DNA of 24,000 nt from the NCBI GenBank assembly GCA_021159015.1, contig JAGGSQ010000048.1:1-24000 (forward strand), in the 5' to 3' direction. The translations under genes were made by a program, and so were the position numbers. The notes beneath the pieces were generated by a model. The model made no database searches. It saw only the letters and a list, made by a program, of their open reading frames with translations, and was not told the origin of the DNA. Of the stretch, positions 1 to 7,957 are shown piece by piece (within the stretch, counting starts at the first letter, position 1; each line of letters starts with the position of its first letter). Origin of the DNA: Candidatus Omnitrophota bacterium. GTDB taxonomy: Bacteria > Omnitrophota > Gorgyraeia > Duberdicusellales > Duberdicusellaceae.

Positions 1-33
1 TAACAGCAAACATACGGCTACTCTCCGTCCAAA

Positions 34-48
34 TTCGGCAAAGCCGAA
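34..48. terminator. short perfect hairpin TTCGGC-aaa-GCCGAA downstream of the sigma-like reading frame
   Basis: Inverted repeat at 34-39/43-48, 20 nt past the TAA at 68-70 on the minus strand; no strong U-tract. Confidence 0.3.
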
Positions 49-67
49 CTTCATATACTGCCAGTTA

Positions 68-802
68 TTATAACCATTTCCTTATTTTCCTCAACCCCCT
101 ACTCTTCTTCTGCCTCACATTTTCATAATTCAAATTAACTTTTTTGGCTATCTCTTTAAGCGAATGTTTGTATGCCAGTGAAGCCAACAAAATATACTTA
201 TCCGTTTCTGAAATAACTCCTGATTGAACAAGATTTTCAAGGAATGCCTCTATCTCCTCTGGACTTGCTTTAGATGATGAAAAGGAGAGAAATTCTGGAT
301 TTAAGTTAAGTTCTGCTTCAGCAGTGAGAGTTTTAAATAATTCTTTGAAATAATCTCTTAGATAATTTTTTATTCTACCTAAGATTTTTGAAGCAACCTT
401 TGACTTATCCTTGCTAACATCAAGCTAGTTTAGTTTTTCAAAGAATAAAGTTACAATCTGAAGCCATAAGTCTATGTCGCTGAGTGAAGGAAACTGTTCT
501 GCACGTTCTCTAAAATTGAAGAAGATTTTGAGTAGTCCGGGTTTAAAGAGAATAAGAAGATAGGAACCAATAAGTTTTGAATCTGGATTGGTCTGGTATT
601 CCAGAATAAGGCTTAAAAGAATTTTATCGTTGAGGATATAGTTGGGATTAGTCTGATTATGCAGGCATTTAATAAGATCCTGAGGTGTTAGGTAGGATTT
701 AATCGGTGGGTATTTTTCTCTGACCTTTTGATAGAGTTTGATAAATCTTTCTGATGAGACTTCATTTTCTAGGTCCCTTAATAATTTTCTTATCTGCTCC
801 AT
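68..802 (-). pseudogene. sigma-70-like / HTH protein interrupted by in-frame TAG at 425-427
   Basis: The frame of the 425..802 ORF continues past the TAG to TAA at 68-70 with another 118 sense codons, ending ...DKYILLASLAYKHSLKEIAKKVNLNYENVRQKKSRGLRKIRKWL, which resembles a sigma region 4 HTH. Confidence 0.6.
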
Positions 803-837
803 GGTTCTCCTCCCCGAAAGCGGGGTCTCGGAGAACC
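803..837 (-). promoter_or_regulatory. nested hairpin covering the predicted RBS of the sigma-like ORF
   Basis: GGTTCTCC (803-810) pairs with GGAGAACC (830-837), enclosing CCCCG/CGGGG; it abuts the ATG at 802 on the minus strand. Confidence 0.5.
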
Positions 838-862
838 TCTAGAGCTTTCTTTTGTTTAAGTT

Positions 863-1028
863 TCTAAAATTTGACTATGGTTTTACACCTTTTACATTTA
901 ATAGATACTGAATAACTGCTTTTTCCTTCTGCTATCACCTCCTTTCTGAGATGGCTGGATTTAAGAGAAACCTTTCTTGTAGTTTCAGCCAGCTTCTTAT
1001 TGCAGTTTGGACATCTGATTTCGTACAT
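863..1028 (-). pseudogene. Com-like small zinc-ribbon protein, frame broken near 899
   Basis: Minus strand encodes MYEIRCPNCNKKLAETTRKVSLKSSHLRKEVIAEGKSSYSVSI* (897..1028), then the adjacent frame continues KCKRCKTIVKF* (stop 863-865). Confidence 0.5.
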
Positions 1029-1040
1029 AATAACCTCATA

Positions 1041-1088
1041 AAAATAAAAAAGCCCAACCCTGGAAGGAATATCTTCCAGAATTGGGCC
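1041..1088 (-). terminator. rho-independent terminator
   Basis: GCCCAA...TTGGGC outer stem (1052-1057/1082-1087) and CTGGAAG/CTTCCAG inner stem (1060-1066/1073-1079), followed on the minus strand by TTTTTTATTTTT. Confidence 0.8.
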
Positions 1089-1129
1089 TTCAAACCGAAA
1101 TAAATGGCTATGGACCTGTTATAATTACA

Positions 1130-1276
1130 TTATTTTGTTATCTCCACTTTGTGTTCTCTTTTGCATCGGCGGCATTTAATAAAAATCTCTTTCCCTTTTA
1201 TGGTAAATAAATACCGGTTGCAGTCGCAACGAACCTCTTTAATATTATTCTTTTTGTCTTTAACACGGACCTTCAT
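1130..1276 (-). pseudogene. second Com-like zinc-ribbon relic, halves in different frames
   Basis: Minus-strand frame A reads NNIKEVRCDCNR; an adjacent frame reads VLFTIKGKEIFIKCRRCKREHKVEITK*. AGGAGG precedes the ATG at 1276, but that frame meets a stop after 10 codons. Confidence 0.4.
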
Positions 1277-1336
1277 AGCAAAATCCTCCTTTCTTTAGAT
1301 TAAAGATTCTTGGATTTTGCTAGGGAGGGGTAGCTT

Positions 1337-1355
1337 CTCCGGGGGAATCCCGGAG
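1337..1355. terminator. GC-rich hairpin CTCCGGG-ggaat-CCCGGAG downstream of lexA-like gene
   Basis: Perfect 7-bp inverted repeat with 5-nt loop; no clear U-tract. Confidence 0.4.
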
Positions 1356-1383
1356 GGGCTGGTTCATCTAGCAATACTATTAA

Positions 1384-2001
1384 TTAATTATATTTTCTAA
1401 ATACTCCTATAACTTTTCCAATGATCATTATATCGGCATCGCCTTTGTGATAAACAAAAGGCTTAATATCAGGATTTTCGGCTTTAAGGGTAATTTTGTT
1501 ATTGTCTTTGTAGAACCTTTTTACTGTTGCTTCATCGTTGATGAGGCTGACAATAATTTCTCCATTTTCAGCGGTTGGCTGTTGTTTTACTATTACATAG
1601 TCTCCGTCATTTATTCCTGCGCCTATCATACTGTCGCCTTCTACCTTTAGGGCAAAGATGTTATTTCCCTTTACCCAGGCTTTATCAATTGCTACGTAGC
1701 CTTCGATATTCTCAACCGCTAAAATAGGCCTGCCTGCGGCAACTCTTCCTAATACCGGAACTTCTACTATATCACGCAGAGTTTTCTTTAAGCCAATAAT
1801 GGTAATAGAACGCGCTTTATCTTTTTCTCTTCTGATATAGCCTTTTCTCTCAAGGCTTGAAAGATAATCCTGGACAGTGGCAATGGCTTTGAATTTAAAC
1901 CTCTCCATAATCTCCCTTAGAGTGGGACTTGAGCCGTATTTTGCCTGAAAATCCCTAATAAACTCCAGTATCTTTGACTGTTTTGGAGTTAAGTTTTCCA
2001 T
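1384..2001 (-). CDS. lexA: LexA-like SOS repressor / S24 peptidase
   Basis: N-terminal wHTH (LTPKQSKILEFIRDFQAKYGSSPTLREI) and VLGRVAAGRPILA...GDSM...K autoprotease signature. Start placed at MENLTPKQ (2001), which has an AGAAAGGA RBS; the track ORF extends to 2034. Confidence 0.9.
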   Translation of the reverse strand: MENLTPKQSKILEFIRDFQAKYGSSPTLREIMERFKFKAIATVQDYLSSLERKGYIRREKDKARSITIIGLKKTLRDIVEVPVLGRVAAGRPILAVENIEGYVAIDKAWVKGNNIFALKVEGDSMIGAGINDGDYVIVKQQPTAENGEIIVSLINDEATVKRFYKDNNKITLKAENPDIKPFVYHKGDADIMIIGKVIGVFRKYN

Positions 2002-2119
2002 ATTTTCCTTTCTGGGTGAAAGAGATAATACCATACATTTGTCTGGGTGTCAAGATTTTTTCTTTTCTCTGTCACAATCCCTGTGTTTTTTGACATATTG
2101 GTTATGAGGAAAAATTAAA

Positions 2120-2326
2120 ATGGAAGGTAGTAAAGTAAAAAATAGAAGCAGAGGTAGACCAAAAGGCGCTAGGAAAAAATTCCATATTACTTATGAAATA
2201 GTATATTCAGACACTGGAGAAAATAATTCATCCACACCACACAAAACCCCTGAGGAACGCTGGGAAGAAATAGTTGAAATTTGCTCTGCCATTATAGCTG
2301 AATCCTGCCAAAATATTTTTAATTGA
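2120..2326 (+). CDS. small basic protein with RGRPKGARKK (AT-hook-like) N-terminus
   Basis: 68-aa ORF in the gap between divergent lexA and recombinase genes; ATG preceded by GAGGAAAAA at usable spacing. Confidence 0.5.
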   Translation: MEGSKVKNRSRGRPKGARKKFHITYEIVYSDTGENNSSTPHKTPEERWEEIVEICSAIIAESCQNIFN

Positions 2327-2387
2327 CATTTAGTTATGTTCGGATTACCATATGGTATTGTATATAACGATGGAAATGAGGGGCTAA

Positions 2388-4031
2388 ATGAGTATAAAGA
2401 AATGTGCATTATATATCAGAGTTTCTACACAACGTCAGGCAAGTGTTGAAGATGGTTCATTAAAAGCGCAGGAAGCAAGATTAAAAGCCTATGTAGATTA
2501 CGAGAATATCAATAAAGGCGGCAAGTGGGAAATAGTTGATATTTATCGTGAAGAAGGGCGTTCAGCAAAGGACCTTAAGCGTCCTGAGTTCCAACGCCTA
2601 ATGGCCGATATAGAAAAAGGCAAAATAAATACCATCATTATCTGGAAAATAGACCGCCTCACCAGATCCCTCAAAGACTTCTCCACTCTTTGGGAAATAT
2701 TCAAGGAAAAAGGCGTACAAATTATCTCTCTTAATGAAAAATTTGATACCAGTACAGCTATTGGCAGAGCAATGATAAATATAATTCTTGTTTTTGCCCA
2801 ACTTGAAAGAGAACAAACCGGAGAACGAACCTCTGCAACAATGCAGTACAGAGCAGAACAGGGATTATGGAATGGTGGAAGAGTAATTGGTTACGATCTT
2901 GACCCTCAGAATAAAGGCGTCCTTAAAATTAATCGCCAGCAAATTGCAATAGTAAAAAAAGCATTTGATCTTTGTATAGAGAAAGGCTCCGCAGGGCAAG
3001 TTCAAAAAGCACTCAATGAGCTTGGTTATAGAATGCCTGTTTACAAATCAAGGCGAGGTAAAGAACATGGTAATACACTCTTCACCAAGCAAGCAGTGAT
3101 AAGAATGCTTACCAATCCTGTCTATATTGGAAAAATCAGCTGGGGTGGCAAACTTTACCAGGGCAGGCACCAAGCAGCGATAGATGAGAAGAAATTTTTT
3201 AAGGTGCAAGAAATATTGCGGCAGAATAGAAAGAAAAAGACTAATAATAAATTGCCCAGAAAACATGTGTATCTCCTACAAGGCATTCTGCGGTGCGGAA
3301 AATGTGGCTCGATGATGTCTCCTAAAAGCGGGATAAATGGTTCTGGTAAACCATACCACTATTACCAATGCACAAGAAACAGCCACATAGGGAATGTTGC
3401 TTGTAAAGCAAAATACGTACCGGCAAAACCTATTGAAGATTTTGTTGTAGATAGAATAAAAGAGTTAACTACAAACCAAGAAGAAATTGAGAAAATGGTA
3501 AAAAATGCCAATAAACACAGTAGTGCAAAACTTAAAAAGTTAATTCAGGATAAACAGAATTTACAAAAAGCTCTTAGGCAAGTAAAAGAAAAACTTAATA
3601 CGATGGTAGATACTATAGAGACTAATGGCGTTAAAGCTTTTAAGACACTGCAAGAAAGAATGGCTACACTGGAAAAGCAACGCCAAGATTTAGAGAAAAA
3701 ACTTGAGGCGATAGATTTTGAAGTTACAAAAATTGAGCAGGAAAAAGTGAGTGCAGAAATAATGCAACATCATTTTAAGTCTTTTCGGGATATAATTAAA
3801 AAAACTAACCCTCAGAGGCTAAAAGAGCTCCTTTTTCAGATTGTGGAATTCGTGGAGTGGCACCAAAATCCTGACGATAGCTCATCAGGACACTGCAAGA
3901 TAAGTTACTTTGAACAACCCCGCTTAACCTTTCCCAGAAATAAAGAAAGCGAACAGGGTGTTAACCAGCTGTTCGCTCAGAGTGTCAATTGGCTCCCCGG
4001 CGAGGACTCGAACCTCGGACCCGCTGGTTAA
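2388..4031 (+). CDS. large serine recombinase (resolvase N-terminal domain, recombinase domain, zinc-ribbon, coiled coil)
   Basis: YIRVSTQRQASVEDGSLKAQEARL..., IIIWKIDRLTRSLKD..., ILVFAQLEREQTGERT..., GILRCGKCGSMMSPKSG...C...C. Confidence 0.95.
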   Translation: MSIKKCALYIRVSTQRQASVEDGSLKAQEARLKAYVDYENINKGGKWEIVDIYREEGRSAKDLKRPEFQRLMADIEKGKINTIIIWKIDRLTRSLKDFSTLWEIFKEKGVQIISLNEKFDTSTAIGRAMINIILVFAQLEREQTGERTSATMQYRAEQGLWNGGRVIGYDLDPQNKGVLKINRQQIAIVKKAFDLCIEKGSAGQVQKALNELGYRMPVYKSRRGKEHGNTLFTKQAVIRMLTNPVYIGKISWGGKLYQGRHQAAIDEKKFFKVQEILRQNRKKKTNNKLPRKHVYLLQGILRCGKCGSMMSPKSGINGSGKPYHYYQCTRNSHIGNVACKAKYVPAKPIEDFVVDRIKELTTNQEEIEKMVKNANKHSSAKLKKLIQDKQNLQKALRQVKEKLNTMVDTIETNGVKAFKTLQERMATLEKQRQDLEKKLEAIDFEVTKIEQEKVSAEIMQHHFKSFRDIIKKTNPQRLKELLFQIVEFVEWHQNPDDSSSGHCKISYFEQPRLTFPRNKESEQGVNQLFAQSVNWLPGEDSNLGPAG

Positions 4032-4065
4032 CAGCCAGCTGCTCTACCAACTGAGCTACCGGGGA
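3990..4065 (-). tRNA. tRNA-Asn (GTT), CCA encoded
   Basis: TCCCCGGTAGCTCAGTTGGTAGAGCAGCTGGCTGTTAACCAGCGGGTCCGAGGTTCGAGTCCTCGCCGGGGAGCCA folds as a cloverleaf. Confidence 0.95.
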
Positions 4066-4113
4066 AAATTGTCAAAAGAGCTGACGTTAATTATATACCA
4101 AACAATACTTTCG

Positions 4114-4716
4114 TCAAGTAAGAGGTATGCGGCCGGCTAAGGCTTTCTCCAGAGTTGCTGAATCTGCATATTCTATCTGCGAGCCTAAAGGAATGCCAAT
4201 GCCAATGCGCGATATTTTGAGGTTGTACTGTTTTAAGGAATCGCGGATGAAAGTGGCAGTAATCTCGCCTTCAGCATCAGAATCAGTGGCAATAATTACC
4301 TCTTTAAGTTCTCCTTCTTCTGCCCTCTTTCTCAAATTATCTATATCCAAAGAATCTACTCCCTTGCCTTTAAGAGGAGAAATAGCCCCCAGAAGCACAT
4401 AGTAAAGGCCCCTGTAGGCGCCGGTTTTTTCAATAGCCATAATATCTTTGGGATATTCCACCACACACACCAAAGACCGGTCACGCTTTTCGTCCTGGCA
4501 GATAGAACAAATATCTTCAGTTGAGAAATTATTGCAGAGGCGGCAGGGCCTGATTTCATCTTTCACACTTTGTATTAGGTTCACTAGCATATCTACTCTT
4601 TCTTTCTTCTCTTCAAGTATATACAAAGCTATGCGCTCGGCACTTCTGCGGCCGATACCGGGAAGAAAACTTAAAGCTTCTATCAGATCTTGCAAAACTT
4701 TAGGATAGCCGCTCAT
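4114..4716 (-). CDS. recR: recombination protein RecR
   Basis: FLPGIGRRSAERIALYIL, C4 zinc finger CRLCNNFSTEDICSIC, Toprim VVEYPKDIMAIEKTGAYRGLYYVLLGAISPLKG; adjacent to dnaX. Confidence 0.95.
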   Translation of the reverse strand: MSGYPKVLQDLIEALSFLPGIGRRSAERIALYILEEKKERVDMLVNLIQSVKDEIRPCRLCNNFSTEDICSICQDEKRDRSLVCVVEYPKDIMAIEKTGAYRGLYYVLLGAISPLKGKGVDSLDIDNLRKRAEEGELKEVIIATDSDAEGEITATFIRDSLKQYNLKISRIGIGIPLGSQIEYADSATLEKALAGRIPLT

Positions 4717-6411
4717 TTACCCTACAACCTCCCCGCCAAAAGTATCTACTATTCTATTAAGAATATCTGAAGCCTCCTCTTCGGCAGGAGAAGTTACCTC
4801 TCCATTTGCCGCCTTATCTGTATATACACACTCAATCCTTATTTTGCGCCCTAAGAGCTTAGCAAATTTATTTTCCACCAAGGCCTTATTTTCTCTCTTT
4901 TCCACAAACTCTTTCTGGAAAGTAAGGTTCTTGGCGAAACCCAAACTTACCACTGTGCCTTGACATGCGGTTATTTCTGCTGTCTCCAAAGAAGCAGCTA
5001 CTGACATTTTCTCCTTCTTTATATTGTTCTTTACCTCTTCCCATATTGCTTCTACTTCCTCTCGAAGAAGAGAAAAACTATCTTTGTCTTCTTTATATTC
5101 CGATTCTGAGGAGACAGGGCAAGCCTGAGTTATAGACACCTGGCGAGTTCTATCCTTAATATTTTTTATAATATGAGATATTGCCTCCATCTTAAACGGC
5201 TTCTGGCGGCTAACTTCAGAAGAAGGAGAAAGATTTTTATTTTCTGCCGCTTTTGTTTTGGAAAGAGAAACACCAGAGGAGGAAGCATTTAAAGAAGCAT
5301 CACCTTTGCGGTTAGAAGCCTTGCCAGAATAAGTACTTTTTATTACCGCTACTTCCAGAGGAATCCGCAAATCACTGATAACTTTAGATGTTTTATGGAC
5401 TTCAATAAAGCGCTCTATAATTTCAAGAGTTTGTGGTAATGTTACTTTGTCCGCTAAAGATTTTACTTTCTCTTTTATCTCCGGCGGGAGAGGAACAGCT
5501 TCGGTAAAAACTTTATCTCCCACTTTAGCTAAGATAATATGCCGCAGGTATTCAATAGCGTTTTTCAGAAAAACTTCCAGATCGTAGCCCTCGCTTATTA
5601 TATTGTCTATTATCTCAAGAACAGAGGCGGTTTTTTTAAGAAACAAATCTTCCAAAAATTTGAGCATTCTTTCTGAATCAATATCTCCCAAAAATTCCAT
5701 AACTTCTTCAAAACTGTAAGCATGCTCTACCAGGGGAAGAATCTGGTCAAAAATTGACTCGGCATCTCTTATGCTTCCCTGCGCCTTGCGGCTTACATAA
5801 GCAATAAGGCGACTGTCTACTTTCACTCCCTCCTGTTTGGCAATAAAGTTTAGTTTTTCGGCTATTTTTTCCAGCGGCACAAGTTTAAAGTCAAATCTCT
5901 GGCAGCGGGAAGCAATGGTAAGAGGAACTTTATGAGGTTCGGTGGTGGCAAAAATAAACTTAACATGGGAAGGCGGCTCCTCCAAAGTCTTAAGCAAGGC
6001 ATTAAAACCATCTTTGGTTATCTGATGAACTTCATCTATAATATAAACTTTGAAACGGCTGGAGGCAGGAGAAAGCTTAACATTTTCCCTTAATTCCCTT
6101 ATATCGTCAATGCCGCGGTTAGAAGCGCCATCTATTTCTATTACATCTAAAGAAGACCCTTTCTGAATGTCAACACAGCTCTGGCAGGTGCCGCAAGGAG
6201 CAGGCGTGGGCCCTTTCTGGCAATTCACACATTTAGCCAAAATACGTGCCAAAGATGTTTTCCCCACCCCGCGCGGGCCGCAAAAAAGATAAGCATGATG
6301 CAGGCGGGATTTTAAAATTGCCTGCCTCAGCTTTTCTACCACAGAATCCTGACCAATAACTTCGTCAAAATTCTGCGGCCGGTATTTACGGGCAAAAGGA
6401 AGATACGCCAT
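4717..6411 (-). CDS. dnaX: DNA polymerase III subunit gamma/tau
   Basis: Walker A GPRGVGKTSLAR, zinc module CVNCQKGPTPAPCGTCQSC, IIDEVHQITKDGFNALLKTLEEPP. Confidence 0.95.
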   Translation of the reverse strand: MAYLPFARKYRPQNFDEVIGQDSVVEKLRQAILKSRLHHAYLFCGPRGVGKTSLARILAKCVNCQKGPTPAPCGTCQSCVDIQKGSSLDVIEIDGASNRGIDDIRELRENVKLSPASSRFKVYIIDEVHQITKDGFNALLKTLEEPPSHVKFIFATTEPHKVPLTIASRCQRFDFKLVPLEKIAEKLNFIAKQEGVKVDSRLIAYVSRKAQGSIRDAESIFDQILPLVEHAYSFEEVMEFLGDIDSERMLKFLEDLFLKKTASVLEIIDNIISEGYDLEVFLKNAIEYLRHIILAKVGDKVFTEAVPLPPEIKEKVKSLADKVTLPQTLEIIERFIEVHKTSKVISDLRIPLEVAVIKSTYSGKASNRKGDASLNASSSGVSLSKTKAAENKNLSPSSEVSRQKPFKMEAISHIIKNIKDRTRQVSITQACPVSSESEYKEDKDSFSLLREEVEAIWEEVKNNIKKEKMSVAASLETAEITACQGTVVSLGFAKNLTFQKEFVEKRENKALVENKFAKLLGRKIRIECVYTDKAANGEVTSPAEEEASDILNRIVDTFGGEVVG

Positions 6412-6469
6412 TTTAAAACTTTTTCTCTATTCTACCATAACTTTCCGGGGAAAGATAAGATTTTTTAAA

Positions 6470-7399
6470 CTACTTCCACAAAATACCCAGAAAGAGAAAA
6501 TAAAATAAAACTAAAGCTACTGCCTCCCAGCGCTCAAGCCGCAGGCGGGTGCGGGTAAACACAAAAAAGACAAAACTCATAAAGATAAGAAACAACAAAT
6601 CAAATTTTACAATTGCGGGTGACATACTTATAGGCCTGATAAGTACAGCTATCCCCAGAACCAAGGAAAGATTAAACACATTACTGCCAATGACATTGCC
6701 TAAGCTAAGCGCAGGTGCTTTCTTAAAAGCAGCCGCAGCTGAGGCAGCCAGCTCCGGCAAAGAAGTGCCAATGGCAAACACACTCATACCAATTACCCAC
6801 GAGCTTACTCCTAAGGCTCTGGCCAGAGAAACTCCTCCTTTTACCATAAGGTTTGCCCCACCTACTACCAGAACTAAAGACCCTATTATCCAGAATATAA
6901 CCTTGGCTTTTTTAAAGGAGGATTCTTTTGCAGAAGAAGAAGCTTGGGAATCTTTAGACCAAGAGAGAAAAATAAAACCTAGAAAAAAAACTAAAAGCAA
7001 CACTCCCTCCGGCCGGCTTAGTTTGTAATCCAGAGAAAACAAAAATACCAGCGCTGTCAAGATTAACATTGCCGGTATCTCTCTTTGAAAAAGCTTCTTC
7101 TCTACTCTTAAAGGGCGAATCAAACCTGCTACTCCCAGCACCAGGCCAATATTAGCAATATTGCTACCAATGATATTACCCAATGCTATGCTGCTATGAT
7201 GCTTAAGGCTTGAGACGATACTTACAGCTGCTTCCGGCAGCGAAGTTCCAAAGGCAATAATTATCATGCCTACTAGTAAAGAAGAAATGCGAAAAATATG
7301 GGAAAAAATCAGGGAGTATTTTATCAGCGAATTTGAGCCGGCAACTAAGAGGATAAGGCCGGCTAAAAAAATCAAACTATTGACAAAGATCATATTCAT
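6470..7399 (-). CDS. calcium/sodium antiporter, CaCA family
   Basis: Duplicated motif FGTSLPEAAVSIVSS...GNIIGSNIANIGLVLG and IGTSLPELAASAAAA...GNVIGSNVFNLSLVLG; start placed at MNMIFVN; ends with TAG. Confidence 0.9.
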   Translation of the reverse strand: MNMIFVNSLIFLAGLILLVAGSNSLIKYSLIFSHIFRISSLLVGMIIIAFGTSLPEAAVSIVSSLKHHSSIALGNIIGSNIANIGLVLGVAGLIRPLRVEKKLFQREIPAMLILTALVFLFSLDYKLSRPEGVLLLVFFLGFIFLSWSKDSQASSSAKESSFKKAKVIFWIIGSLVLVVGGANLMVKGGVSLARALGVSSWVIGMSVFAIGTSLPELAASAAAAFKKAPALSLGNVIGSNVFNLSLVLGIAVLIRPISMSPAIVKFDLLFLIFMSFVFFVFTRTRLRLERWEAVALVLFYFLFLGILWK

Positions 7400-7941
7400 A
7401 ATCCCAACTCTTCTGCTATTTCCTGCATAGCCTGAAGGCACAAGGCAACAAATTCCTCCAAAGATAGGCCAATTTCGGAACAGCTGCGTATTTGTTCTCT
7501 ATTAGCGCCTCTCGCGAAATGCTTCTCGCCAAAGCGGCGCAGAACAAAGCCTGTATCTAATGCCTTCAATTTCTTCTCAGGATGCATCAAAGCTGAAGCT
7601 ACAATAAGACCGGTGAGAGGGTCAACGACATAAAGAGCTTTCTCCATTAAGGTGCGGCGTTCTTTAAGGCCAGAATGTGCTTCTATAGCATCAAGAATTT
7701 CTTTTGCCACCCCTTCTTTCTCAAGTTTCTGCGCTGCCACTAAACCATGGCGGCTAAAGTCATTTTTAGTCTCTTCATAGTCTAAATCATGCAGAAGCCC
7801 GGCTAAGCCCCAGCTCTCTTCATCCTGATGCAAGCGCCTGGCTAAATTACGCATGCAAGCTTCGGTAGCCAGCGAATGCTTAATGAGATTCTCACGTTTA
7901 AGAAACTGCTTAAGAAGACCCAGCGCCTGCTTTCTTTCCAT
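7396..7941 (-). CDS. HD/HDIG-domain phosphohydrolase
   Basis: HSLATEACMRNLARRL...WGLAGLLHDLDYE...HG...AIEAHSG. Confidence 0.8.
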   Translation of the reverse strand: MERKQALGLLKQFLKRENLIKHSLATEACMRNLARRLHQDEESWGLAGLLHDLDYEETKNDFSRHGLVAAQKLEKEGVAKEILDAIEAHSGLKERRTLMEKALYVVDPLTGLIVASALMHPEKKLKALDTGFVLRRFGEKHFARGANREQIRSCSEIGLSLEEFVALCLQAMQEIAEELGL

Positions 7942-7957
7942 AAAGCTTATGGTAAAA

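Noticed and set aside
425-427. Genome-wide amber (TAG) reassignment as the explanation for the split sigma-like gene
   Set aside because: rtcB (15908-15910) and the CaCA antiporter (6470-6472) end naturally with TAG at the expected C-termini.
1447-1650. Short ORFs opposite lexA, dnaX, recR, serS, rtcB, archease and rlmN (e.g. 1447..1650, 4127..4402, 14398..14784, 17600..17851, 21029..21337)
   Set aside because: They lie antisense to well-supported conserved genes and are best explained as shadow ORFs.
5629-5645. A AAA AAA slippery-like heptamer within dnaX
   Set aside because: It sits near codon 257, too early for an E. coli-like gamma product, and lacks an obvious stimulatory structure; probably chance.
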